DNA of 59,081 nt. Origin: Candidatus Woesearchaeota archaeon. Its GTDB lineage: Archaea; Nanobdellota; Nanobdellia; Woesearchaeales; GW2011-AR9. Each line of letters starts with the position of its first letter. Within the stretch, counting starts at the first letter, position 1. The stretch spans positions 3,932 to 63,012 of the forward strand of contig JAGVZN010000010.1 in NCBI GenBank assembly GCA_018302605.1, given 5' to 3'. Below are positions 29,662 through 38,981 of this stretch, in pieces. The notes under the pieces are model-generated. The model was not told where the DNA came from. It was given only the letters and a program-made list of their open reading frames with translations, and ran no database searches. Both the position numbers and the translations under genes were made by a program.

Positions 29662-29771
29662 ATCCAAATGTATTTGGTTCAAAATTAATTTGATAAATGG
29701 TAATCACTAATAATCACTAATAATATCCATCACCAATAATCAAATAACCAATTAGATGAAAGCTACACACC

Positions 29772-30221
29772 ATGGTTGTCTACAAACGAAAAAAAGTGAA
29801 TCGATACCGCGGACATAGTAACCACGGTGGAGGCGCGAGAAAGAAGCGCCGAGGCGCGGGTAGTCGCGGTGGCCGCGGGATGGCAGGAACGGGAAAACGT
29901 GCTGGCCAGAAGAAAGCAGGCATGCCTCCCGTCTTAGGTAGTCATGGTTTCCGTCCGCTTCGTCGTGTCCTCCATGAGAAAATAACTACCATTAGTTACT
30001 TCACTCCCGAGAATGTTGAACGGCTGGTAGAGGGAGGGAAAGCAGTGAGAGAAGGACAATTAATTTCCATCGATCTGACAGAAATGGGGTATACTAAGCT
30101 TCTTGGAACAGGCAAAACTACCCAAAAGCTTAAAATTACTGTTGCTTCTTGTAGTAAAAGAGCTGCTGAGAAGATCAAAGCAGCAGGTGGCAGTGTGGCA
30201 GCGGAAAATATTACGGAATAA
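29772..30221 (+). CDS. rpl15: 50S ribosomal protein L15
   Basis: RGAGSRGGRGMAG, GYTKLLGTG, AAEKIKAAGG. Confidence 0.96.
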   Translation: MVVYKRKKVNRYRGHSNHGGGARKKRRGAGSRGGRGMAGTGKRAGQKKAGMPPVLGSHGFRPLRRVLHEKITTISYFTPENVERLVEGGKAVREGQLISIDLTEMGYTKLLGTGKTTQKLKITVASCSKRAAEKIKAAGGSVAAENITE

Positions 30222-30289
30222 TCAGCTCCACAGAAGAGGCAGGATTGGGGAGTAAGATTGGTGGGTTAGATTTGTAGGTTAGATTGGCT

Positions 30290-31678
30290 ATGGCATTACT
30301 GGAAAGAATTATTTCGTACCTCCCCGAAGTGCGTGGGCCACTGCAAAAAAAACTTCCTTTCAGTCAGAAGCTTAAATGGACACTGCTGATCCTGGTTATT
30401 TTTTATGTGTTGGGTCTCATCCCACTTTTTGGGCTTGGTGAGAATTCATTGCAGCAATTTGAATTTCTTTCGATTATCTTAGGGGCATCATTTGGAAGTA
30501 TCATCTCCTTGGGGATTGGTCCATTGGTTACTGCTTCTATCGTTCTTCAGCTGTTGTCCGGAACGGGAATCCTGAAATTAGATCTATCATCTCCGGAAGG
30601 CAAAAAGAAATTTCAGGGATTGCAAAAGATTGCCGGTGTTTTTTTTGTCGTTCTTGAAGGGGCAATCTATGTCTTGATGGGGGGTTTGGCACCTTCCGCC
30701 GCACTTGTCGGAACGCCTCTTTTTCAACAGCTCCAATTGATTTTGATTATCCAACTGATCGTCGGCGGTCTGCTGATCATGCTCATGGACGGGGTTGTCA
30801 GCAAATGGGGCTTCGGCTCAGGTCTTTCATTGTTTATTGCTGCCGGTGTTGCTCAACAGATATTTATCCGTACTTTTAACTTCCTGCCTTCACCGACGAA
30901 CCCAGATATCGCGGCGGGGGCAATCCCCGCAATCTTCCAGTCGATTGCGCGGGGTGATCTGACAACAGTGACACTGGAGCTGGCGGCGATCATCTCCACC
31001 CTCCTTGTTTTTGCGATCTGTGTCTACGGCCAATCGATGAAAGTGGAAATTCCTCTCTCATTCGGTCGAGTGCGGGGATATGGAATGCGCTGGCCGCTTA
31101 ACTTTTTTTATACCTCAAATATTCCGGTAATCCTCGTCGCGGCCTTGCTGGCGAATATCCAACTCTTTGCCCAACTACTCCAGCGTTGGGGGCATCCTCT
31201 GCTCGGAACATTCAATGGGAGCACTCCTGTCAGCGGCTTGGTCTATTGGTTAAGTAATCCTAATATCGTCCAAAGTATCATTACTGGCGGTCTTACCTGG
31301 ACTCAAGTCGGACAGGCTCTGGTCTATATCCTGATTATGGTCGTCGGGGCGATCGTGTTCAGTGCGTTTTGGGTCCAGACAGCAGGCATGGATGCGAAAA
31401 GCCAGGCGAAACAGATCCTTAATTCTGGGCTGCAGATCCCTGGTTTCCGTCGTGATGAACGGGTCCTAGAGAAAGTTTTGAATCGTTATATCTGGCCGCT
31501 GACTATTGCCGGCGGGGCGGCGATCGGCCTCTTGGCTGCGCTTGCTGATCTGACAGGTGCTCTCTCTCAGGGAACGGGAATTTTATTGGCGGTGATGATT
31601 GTCTACAAGCTCTACGAAGAGATTGCCAAACAGCACATGATGGATATGCACCCTGGTTTGAGAAAGTTCATGGAGTAG
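30290..31678 (+). CDS. secY: Protein translocase subunit SecY (Sec61alpha)
   Basis: LGIGPLVTASIVLQLL, SKWGFGSGLSLFI, YTSNIPVIL, QIPGFRRD, GTGILLAV. Confidence 0.97.
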   Translation: MALLERIISYLPEVRGPLQKKLPFSQKLKWTLLILVIFYVLGLIPLFGLGENSLQQFEFLSIILGASFGSIISLGIGPLVTASIVLQLLSGTGILKLDLSSPEGKKKFQGLQKIAGVFFVVLEGAIYVLMGGLAPSAALVGTPLFQQLQLILIIQLIVGGLLIMLMDGVVSKWGFGSGLSLFIAAGVAQQIFIRTFNFLPSPTNPDIAAGAIPAIFQSIARGDLTTVTLELAAIISTLLVFAICVYGQSMKVEIPLSFGRVRGYGMRWPLNFFYTSNIPVILVAALLANIQLFAQLLQRWGHPLLGTFNGSTPVSGLVYWLSNPNIVQSIITGGLTWTQVGQALVYILIMVVGAIVFSAFWVQTAGMDAKSQAKQILNSGLQIPGFRRDERVLEKVLNRYIWPLTIAGGAAIGLLAALADLTGALSQGTGILLAVMIVYKLYEEIAKQHMMDMHPGLRKFME

Positions 31679-31683
31679 ACTAA

Positions 31684-31757
31684 TTGAAACGCGGAGTATT
31701 CCACCACTCTCCACAGTGAAAAGAATATTTCACTGGGACACTAATTGGAATACGCTC
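31684..31757. repeat. Family E hairpin element after secY
   Basis: 27 nt identical to 55461-55487; GTATTCCA/TGGAATAC and CAGTGAAA/TTTCACTG stems. Confidence 0.75.
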
Positions 31758-31834
31758 ATCCCAAGAGATATGTCCCAGAGATCTGGTTCAAAATCAGCAA
31801 CAAATTTATAAAGAATTTACCTTAAGTGATCTAT

Positions 31835-32596
31835 ATGTCATTCCTTGATCCGGTTTTAAATCCTGTACTCGGGCCATTAGTTAATTTCAGTCCGTTCTGG
31901 GCGATCGTTATCTTATCTTTTGTGGTTTCATTCTTAAGCACAATCGCCTACAAGTATTTTACCGATCAGGAAAAGATGAAGAACCTGAAGATGAAACAGA
32001 AAGAGTATCAGAAACAGATGAAAGAGCTTCGGTCTCAGCCGGAAAAGATGATTGCAGTGCAGAAAGAAGCGATGAAATCAAATGCTGAGTACATGAAAAT
32101 GTCATTCAAGCCGATGCTGATCACCATGCTTCCTTTGTTATTGATCATTGGATGGATGGCCGGTCATCTGGCTTTTGAGCCGATCTTTCCGCAGGAAACG
32201 TACAGCCTAACTGCTTTCTTCAAAGAAAGCGCAACCGGAAATGCTGAGCTCATTGCCGGAGAGGGGACGGAAGTGTTGAATGGAGTTTCCCAGGGGATCA
32301 CTGGTGGTGTAGTTACGTGGAATTTACGCAGCCAGGAAGGAGATCATTCCCTGACGGTCAAACTCGGACAGCAGGAAGGAAGCACAAATGTCCGGATCAC
32401 CAAAGATGTACACTCCGCTGAACCGCTCACAACGCTGGAACATTCCGACATCGAGAAATTGCAGATCAATTATAAGCCGTTGAAACCGTTAGGAGAAATG
32501 AGTTTTTTTGGCTGGCAGCCAGGGTGGCTGGGATTGTATTTCATCTTCTCGCTGGTCAGCAGCTTGTTGTTCAGGAAATTGTTGAAGATTTATTGA
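31835..32596 (+). CDS. DUF106 / EMC3-TMCO1 family membrane protein (Oxa1/YidC superfamily)
   Basis: TM, coiled coil (DQEKMK), FKPMLIT, GWLGLYFIFS; canonical position after secY. Confidence 0.88.
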   Translation: MSFLDPVLNPVLGPLVNFSPFWAIVILSFVVSFLSTIAYKYFTDQEKMKNLKMKQKEYQKQMKELRSQPEKMIAVQKEAMKSNAEYMKMSFKPMLITMLPLLLIIGWMAGHLAFEPIFPQETYSLTAFFKESATGNAELIAGEGTEVLNGVSQGITGGVVTWNLRSQEGDHSLTVKLGQQEGSTNVRITKDVHSAEPLTTLEHSDIEKLQINYKPLKPLGEMSFFGWQPGWLGLYFIFSLVSSLLFRKLLKIY

Positions 32597-32856
32597 CGTA
32601 GAAATTGTGCAAAAATAGGTAATCAGGAGATCTGGTGCCCCCTCTCATCTTCCGCAATCAATATTTTTGCCCTGTAATGAAAATAGGGGCGAAATCTTTA
32701 TAAATACTCTCTGAAAATAAGACAAAGTCCCGGGGGGATTTGATCTTGGAGGCAACTCGGATCACGGAAGTTATTATTGTTTCGTGTTCTCAGTTGTTTA
32801 GCATTAAACTTAGATAAATTAAACTTAGATAAAATTAAACGAATGAGGTATCCACT

Positions 32857-33132
32857 ATGCCACGAGGAATGTTTAAATCAGGACGATTACGGAAAATATT
32901 CGTGAAGACACCCGGCGGTGTAACACATATTCATTACCGCCAACGGAAACCGAGCAAAGCTATCTGCAGCGTCTGTAAAAAGCCTTTAGCCGGCGTGCCC
33001 CGCGAAATGCCGGCGACGTTACGGAATATGCCCAAGACCGCAAAGAGACCAGAAAGGCCATACGGTGGTGTTCTGTGTTCAACCTGCATGCGGGTTATGT
33101 TTCAGCAAAAAGCACGAGGTGAGTCAGCATGA
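32857..33132 (+). CDS. rpl34e: 50S ribosomal protein L34e
   Basis: KTPGG, CSVC, KRPERPYGGVLCSTC. Confidence 0.95.
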   Translation: MPRGMFKSGRLRKIFVKTPGGVTHIHYRQRKPSKAICSVCKKPLAGVPREMPATLRNMPKTAKRPERPYGGVLCSTCMRVMFQQKARGESA

Positions 33133-33500
33133 GTATTTTTGATATCGGAAGAATGTGTTTAAAGATCGCTGGTCGTGACGCAGGCCGGAAATGTGTTGTG
33201 GTGGAGAACCTTGATGCACAGTTTGTGGTCGTTGATGGTGATGTCCGCCGCCGGAAAGTGAATACAAAACATCTCGAGCCGCTGGAAATAACTGTTGACT
33301 TGAAAGGAAAGACAAGTCATGCTGATGTCAAAGCCGCTTTCTCTCAATTAGGTCATGCGGTCTGGGAGTCAAAAGCAAAGAAACCGGCAGCACGATCAGT
33401 TCACCTGAAGAAGAGGCGAGAGGCTCCGGCTGAAGATAAGAAAGCAGTGAAGAAGAAAGTGATTAAAGCGGCTGAAGAGACGGTTAGTCCAGAAGCTTAA
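33129..33500 (+). CDS. rpl14e: 50S ribosomal protein L14e
   Basis: GRMCLKIAGRDAGRKCVVV, RRKVNTKHLEP. Confidence 0.94.
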   Translation: MSIFDIGRMCLKIAGRDAGRKCVVVENLDAQFVVVDGDVRRRKVNTKHLEPLEITVDLKGKTSHADVKAAFSQLGHAVWESKAKKPAARSVHLKKRREAPAEDKKAVKKKVIKAAEETVSPEA

Positions 33501-33514
33501 TTATTTTTATCTTT

Positions 33515-35173
33515 TTATTTCTCTTTTCCTTTCACTATCTCAAATAACATCTCTAAATCTAATTCAAACCCGACAGCAGGCATCAATAACCCCCAGGATG
33601 CGAGGACAGATGGAGCAAATTCTCCGATTAGCCCCAATTCCTGATTCCGGCAGCAAATCATCCCGATCCGCCCGCGGATAAAACTAGGGTGCTCCATTTC
33701 TTTCACCGCATATTCCAGCCCCAGTGCGGAGAACAAAGCATCCAAGATCTGCCTGATCTCGGTGAAATCAACTTTTTCATGACAAAGCATGACTGCCAGA
33801 TGCTCCTTTTCTTCAATACCTGTTTCCGTTTTCTTGTTTGCCACAAATGTTCGGCCGATCTCGAAGAGATTTTGGGGGTATTGGTGATGCTGATTATCGG
33901 TCAGGACACGAAGAAGGTTTGGGATAATCCAATTGCGCAGATGATTATGCTCGCCGAGAGCGTTTTTCAGCGGCAGAGTCTTGTTTTCTCCAATCTGCAT
34001 TTTTTCGACAAGGTCTTCTTTGGTGGAAAGATGGTAATTCTTAGTTTCCAGCAGGCGTAGTCCAACTAAGACCTCGCGGATTTTCCTCGCAAAGACTTCA
34101 AAAGGATCCTCCTCGCCAATTGTGGCAACATTGGGAATTGTTTCTTTGAAATTTTCATAGCCGTAGGCAATGGCAATATCTTCCGCGAGATCGACTTGGT
34201 GGAGGATATCGGCGCGATAAGCGGGGATGAGTACGGAACCATTTTCCCAACCGTATCCCATGCGTTCAAAGAGGACGGCAATTTCTGTATCTTTTAATAA
34301 TAATCCCAATAATCTGTTAATATAAGAAAGGTCAACCAGCATTTTCTTCGGCTGGAGTTTTGGGGTAATGACCATCTTATCGCTGTAGACAACTTCGACA
34401 CTGTAGATCTCTCCTCCCATATCAGCTAGTGCCGTCGTAATCATATTAAGGGCGACTTCGACATTGCGCAGGTCTGTTCCCGTACATTCCACAAAGACAT
34501 TTTTAGTCTTTTCATCAACTTTTCCAGTATCATCTGAATTAGTAAAAGGGAGCATACACATGACCTTATTTTTAGCATCAATAAAGAAAGGATATTCTTT
34601 CCAACCTTCGGTAAGATGCTTGTAGGCTTTTCCTTTGGGATGCAATTCTGGAACGGCGGCAGCACAGACTTCCGTTTCAAAGCCGAGAGGCTTAAATTTT
34701 ATGTTTTTGGGATCGTGAGCGATATAATTGATCGGGAAAGAAATATTCTCCAGAGGATAAATCCCGTACGCTGATTTCTTTCTGTTTCTTCCGTGGGTCG
34801 TAGCCAATTTCTCTTGGATCTGCATGATCTGTCGAATGCGTTCGTCATCAAGGGTAAGATTCTTGACAATGGCGCAGGCAGTATAAGGACGCATCGTTAC
34901 GGAGGAATCGACAATCACCTTACAGCCGCTTTCTTTGACGTGGTATTTTTGGAGACCTGTCTTGATCCCGATAAACGAAGAGAAAGCGCGAGCAAAGCCT
35001 TGCTCTGAGAGCATATCCGGCCGATTAGGAAAGATTTCCACCGTAATCTCATTATTTTCGATCTTTTCCAAATCGGTACCAAGCATGCTGATGCGATCTT
35101 TGAGCTCTTCCAGAGGGAGAATCTTTCCGACGAGTTGTTCAAAGACTTGTTTATTAATTGTTATCGTGGGCAT
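33515..35173 (-). CDS. pheT: Phenylalanine-tRNA ligase beta subunit
   Basis: MPTI, PNRPDMLS, YRADILH.VDLAEDIAIAYGY, YPQNLFEIG. Confidence 0.96.
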   Translation of the reverse strand: MPTITINKQVFEQLVGKILPLEELKDRISMLGTDLEKIENNEITVEIFPNRPDMLSEQGFARAFSSFIGIKTGLQKYHVKESGCKVIVDSSVTMRPYTACAIVKNLTLDDERIRQIMQIQEKLATTHGRNRKKSAYGIYPLENISFPINYIAHDPKNIKFKPLGFETEVCAAAVPELHPKGKAYKHLTEGWKEYPFFIDAKNKVMCMLPFTNSDDTGKVDEKTKNVFVECTGTDLRNVEVALNMITTALADMGGEIYSVEVVYSDKMVITPKLQPKKMLVDLSYINRLLGLLLKDTEIAVLFERMGYGWENGSVLIPAYRADILHQVDLAEDIAIAYGYENFKETIPNVATIGEEDPFEVFARKIREVLVGLRLLETKNYHLSTKEDLVEKMQIGENKTLPLKNALGEHNHLRNWIIPNLLRVLTDNQHHQYPQNLFEIGRTFVANKKTETGIEEKEHLAVMLCHEKVDFTEIRQILDALFSALGLEYAVKEMEHPSFIRGRIGMICCRNQELGLIGEFAPSVLASWGLLMPAVGFELDLEMLFEIVKGKEK

Positions 35174-35205
35174 GTGCTTGTTTATTGATAGTTATGGCGG
35201 GCATG

Positions 35206-36723
35206 TTAACGCAGCCAGAGTTTCATTTCGCGTAATTGTTTAATATCGTTCTTATAAAGATCGCGGATGTCGGTGATTTTCCAATATTCTCCGATGATCC
35301 TTCCCATCCCCTGTCCCCAGGCCAGAACGGGACAGTCAAAACCAAGGAGCGGCTTGACCACCTCTGGCCGGAAGATTCCTGCTCCTCCTAACTCGATCCA
35401 TTGTTTCTTGATTGGATGAAATACGTCAACTTCCAGGCTTGGTTCGGTGTAGGGAAAATGAGCAGGCCGCATCCGAACGGCAGAGTAGCCCATCTTTTTG
35501 TAGAATTGAGTGAGGTAGCCTTTGAGGTGTTTCAGATTAGCATGAGGATCAACGACAATCCCTTCCACTTGGTAGAATTCAAAGAGATGCTTCCAATCTA
35601 ATGCTTCGTTGCGGAAGACGCGCCCGACGGCAAAGAATTTTGCGGGGAGATCTTCTTTCTTGAGCCGTGACAAGGTCTGAGCGGAGAGAACAGTTGTGTG
35701 GGTGCGGAGGAGAAGCTGTTTTGTTTCTTCTTCGGAGAAAGCATATCTCCAGCCAGCGCTTCCCGTATCTCCCCCATTCTCATGTACTTCTTTAACTTTT
35801 TTCCAAAGCGGCGGAAGTTTCGCTTTTCCTTCTACATAGAAAGTATCCTGCATCTCACGGGCAGGATGATCCTGCGGAACGAAGAGCGCATCCAAGTCCC
35901 AGAAAGCAGATTGAACGTAGTTGCCCGTCATCTCCTTAAAGCCAAGGTCAAGCCAAATCTGTTTGATATATTCCAATGCTTCGTTGTCAAAGTGTTTTTT
36001 TCCCTGAAAAATTTTAGGGACGTTAATTTCAACATCATAGGAGCGGAAAGTCTTTTCTTTCCAGCTGCCCATCCGGAGCATGCCCGGAGTGAGACGATTG
36101 ACTACCTCCGCGCTGAGGTCTTCTTTGAGCAGTTCGTGGCCGCGCGGGCTAAGAGTGACGGTTATTTTCTTTTCGTCACGGACGGAGATCAGTTCTTTTC
36201 TTTTTCTTAGTTCTTCTACGATGGTCCTATCTTTTGCTTCTTCGTATTCTTTGGGAAAAACGTGGAGGAGGAAATATTCTTCGGGCCATTCCAGATTACG
36301 AATCTTTTTTCCTTCTTCCGTGATTTTGACAGAAAGCCCTTCCTGTTGAGAGATCTCTACGGCGTTTTTTCTCTTCAGAAGACCAACACAGGCCGTCGCT
36401 TCTTCACGGCTAAGCTTGGCTTTTTTGGTAATGACATTGAGGCCTTTAAATGACTCATCTAATGCTTTAAGGAAGCGTTTTTCGGGCAACCCCTCTTTTT
36501 TGTATGTTTGTCCGTTCTTCTCTAGATGGATACTCTTTCTTTTCTCACTTTGAATTTTAATAATCTCTTTGTTTTCGAGCCATTGCAACGCGCGCATGAC
36601 TTCTACTTCAGTTAATTTGGCGTTCTTGGCGATGCTGCTTAATTCTAAGTGCTGTTGGAGAACGGGAAGAACTTGCCTTTCCAATGGGTGCAGTTTGGCT
36701 ACAATATTCTTGATATCGTCCAT
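35206..36723 (-). CDS. pheS: Phenylalanine-tRNA ligase alpha subunit
   Basis: FVPQDHPAREMQDTFY, LLRTHTT, FRNEALDWKHLFEFYQVEG, FPYTEPS. Confidence 0.96.
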   Translation of the reverse strand: MDDIKNIVAKLHPLERQVLPVLQQHLELSSIAKNAKLTEVEVMRALQWLENKEIIKIQSEKRKSIHLEKNGQTYKKEGLPEKRFLKALDESFKGLNVITKKAKLSREEATACVGLLKRKNAVEISQQEGLSVKITEEGKKIRNLEWPEEYFLLHVFPKEYEEAKDRTIVEELRKRKELISVRDEKKITVTLSPRGHELLKEDLSAEVVNRLTPGMLRMGSWKEKTFRSYDVEINVPKIFQGKKHFDNEALEYIKQIWLDLGFKEMTGNYVQSAFWDLDALFVPQDHPAREMQDTFYVEGKAKLPPLWKKVKEVHENGGDTGSAGWRYAFSEEETKQLLLRTHTTVLSAQTLSRLKKEDLPAKFFAVGRVFRNEALDWKHLFEFYQVEGIVVDPHANLKHLKGYLTQFYKKMGYSAVRMRPAHFPYTEPSLEVDVFHPIKKQWIELGGAGIFRPEVVKPLLGFDCPVLAWGQGMGRIIGEYWKITDIRDLYKNDIKQLREMKLWLR

Positions 36724-36767
36724 TTTGGGGAATAATGGGGATTAATTTATAAAATTATAGTTGATAG

Positions 36768-36833
36768 GTATGTATTCAGTTAAGTCTGTGCTGGCTGGGT
36801 CAAGATTGGTCTGCCTATGTATGTATTAAGTCT
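36768..36833. mobile_element. Family B fragments (inverted right half plus a second left end)
   Basis: GTATTCAGTTAAGTCTGTGCTGGCTGGGTCAAGATTGGTCTGCC is a degenerate reverse complement of the B1 right arm; followed by GTATGTATTAAGTCT. Confidence 0.7.
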
Positions 36834-36887
36834 CTCTTTCAAAAATGAATTAAGAATAAAAAGAACCGAAAAATAAAAAGAAGAATC

Positions 36888-37682
36888 CTACTTCAATGTC
36901 CAGAAATGATTGAACATCTGGTCCATCGAACTGGTGAAGTAGGGTGTCTTGACCCAGATTCCCAAATCGTAGGAAGGATGCACTTCTTTGTCGTCAATGG
37001 TCATGAAAACGATATCTTTCCCATCGACAGTGATGAACCGGGAAGTCACCTTGCTGTTATGCTTTACTTCGGCAAAGTTCTTGACCCCCTCATAAGCTTC
37101 CTTGTTTTCTTTGGTCAGCGGCGCAGCGATGCGAATCTTGACACCACGGCGTTTTGCTTTTTCAAAAGAGCTTTTCAGACCTTCCACTTTGCGCATGAAG
37201 CCGCTGTCTGTGGTCATAATATTGACATTCTCTTTGGCGTTCTTGATCAGGAGATCGAGATGGTTGTAGACATTATTCCGTCCACGCAGGCTGCCGCTCA
37301 TCTCGGAAGGGTCAACAAGGTTGATCCCCTGGGTATGTAATGTTTCCAATTCTTCCAGAAGCGGCGAATTTTTGACGGTATCCAGCCGCTTGACTTTTTC
37401 CTGCGCTTCCACATGCATATTTTTTTTCACGCGGTCAACGACTTCACTTGGCGGGATGGCGATGTACTTGATCGGCTTTCCTAATTTCATGACGACAAAT
37501 CCCTTTTTCTCCAGCGATTCCAGGACATCGTAGCTCCGAGAACGGGGTACGTCAGCAATGTCAGATAGTTCTCCGGCGGTAGAAACACCTCTTGACAACA
37601 AAGCAGCCCACAGCTTCACTTCATATAAATTTAAATCAAAATGGCGTCGTAATTTACTCAACATTTCCTCTTTTACAATCAT
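36888..37682 (-). CDS. TrmB-family transcriptional regulator
   Basis: LNLYE, TAGELSDIADVPRSRSYDVLESLEKKGFV wHTH followed by a PLD-like effector domain. Confidence 0.9.
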   Translation of the reverse strand: MIVKEEMLSKLRRHFDLNLYEVKLWAALLSRGVSTAGELSDIADVPRSRSYDVLESLEKKGFVVMKLGKPIKYIAIPPSEVVDRVKKNMHVEAQEKVKRLDTVKNSPLLEELETLHTQGINLVDPSEMSGSLRGRNNVYNHLDLLIKNAKENVNIMTTDSGFMRKVEGLKSSFEKAKRRGVKIRIAAPLTKENKEAYEGVKNFAEVKHNSKVTSRFITVDGKDIVFMTIDDKEVHPSYDLGIWVKTPYFTSSMDQMFNHFWTLK

Positions 37683-37865
37683 ATAAACCCCTCCTTTTTT
37701 CACAGATGTGAAATTGTCCCAAAAACTGTTTATTCTTCCGTCGATAAAGTTTTCGTTACTTGTCTATTACTAATATTAACTACTATTAAAAGGTTGTGGT
37801 TTTTGAAAATAATGGTCGTTGTATTTTCTTATCAAGATATATTTTTGGATGATGAGCGGACGATG

Positions 37866-38918
37866 CTATCGCATTTTATATCGCAGCAATGCTGCAATTC
37901 CCCCCAACCCGTCGATTCTTTTCCCGCTGTCATGCTCGGAAGTGATCAGGTGGATCTTCCCTTGCAGGGCATCTATTTTTTTCATCAATTCATCCAGTTC
38001 GCGATACTTCTTCTGCTCACGATATTGCTTAATTGTTTTGTCGGTGACAACCAAATCACTGATCGCACCCGCAAAAGCTGCTTTCTGAACTTCTTCCCAG
38101 CCATAAACTGCCAAATTTTCCTTGCTGATCTCCTGAAGCACTTGTTCCACTAATAACTGTTCTTCCCTGATCCGGCTTTGTTTGAGCACGTCTTTGAGTT
38201 CTGGCCTCTTGATCACTTCGTCCAACGCGCTTTCGCTGACATCAGAACAGGTGGCAAGAACGGTCTTGGTTTTCAATTCTTTGGCGACGATCTTACGAAG
38301 AACATCTTCTTTATAAAATGCCGGTGAAGCAAGAATGATCCGTTCCGGATTATAGCGATCGTTATAGGCCTCTATGGTTTTGATGATCTCCTCATAAAAA
38401 TCTTTTTTGATCTCCTGAAGTTTCGCTTTTTTAGGCACTTCTCCTTGGATCCTGCCCAGAATCTCGTAGCCAAATTTTTTGGTCAAAGCGAATAATGCTT
38501 CTTCGCGGTCAAAGACGCAGAGTAAATAAGCGTATTTTATCTTTCCGGCTTCTTCTAACTTTTGTTTGTGGTGGGTCAGCCATTGTTCTTTGGTGATCGT
38601 GCCTTCACTGTCTAGCTCAAAAGAGATAGTTTGGTAACTGCCACGGGGGATGTCTTCCGGTCCTTCCTTGATCGTTCCATTGATGCGCAGGGCATGGCCA
38701 GCGGAACTGAACTCAATGGTTTCTGCTTCAATCGTGACTTTGAATGTTTTTTTCGCAACTTTTGCGTTTTCACCATCACCGATCTTGACTTTTCGGGTGG
38801 TGATTCCCGTGATCTGATCTCCCGTCTCAATGATCTGGCTGAGATACCAAAAGTCGTCGGGATCGTTGACCCTGAACCGCACTATTCCTTTTTTAAAATC
38901 AAGCTGAAGCGTTTGCAT
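37866..38918 (-). CDS. pelA: mRNA surveillance / ribosome rescue protein Pelota
   Basis: DDFWYL, T.RKV, LRING.I, ASPAFYKE, GLGGIAALLRY. Confidence 0.95.
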   Translation of the reverse strand: MQTLQLDFKKGIVRFRVNDPDDFWYLSQIIETGDQITGITTRKVKIGDGENAKVAKKTFKVTIEAETIEFSSAGHALRINGTIKEGPEDIPRGSYQTISFELDSEGTITKEQWLTHHKQKLEEAGKIKYAYLLCVFDREEALFALTKKFGYEILGRIQGEVPKKAKLQEIKKDFYEEIIKTIEAYNDRYNPERIILASPAFYKEDVLRKIVAKELKTKTVLATCSDVSESALDEVIKRPELKDVLKQSRIREEQLLVEQVLQEISKENLAVYGWEEVQKAAFAGAISDLVVTDKTIKQYREQKKYRELDELMKKIDALQGKIHLITSEHDSGKRIDGLGGIAALLRYKMR

Positions 38919-38981
38919 AAAATGCCCGAAGCAGATGTTCTATAAATAACTTTATATATTTCCAGTGTTTTGTGTGGATTG

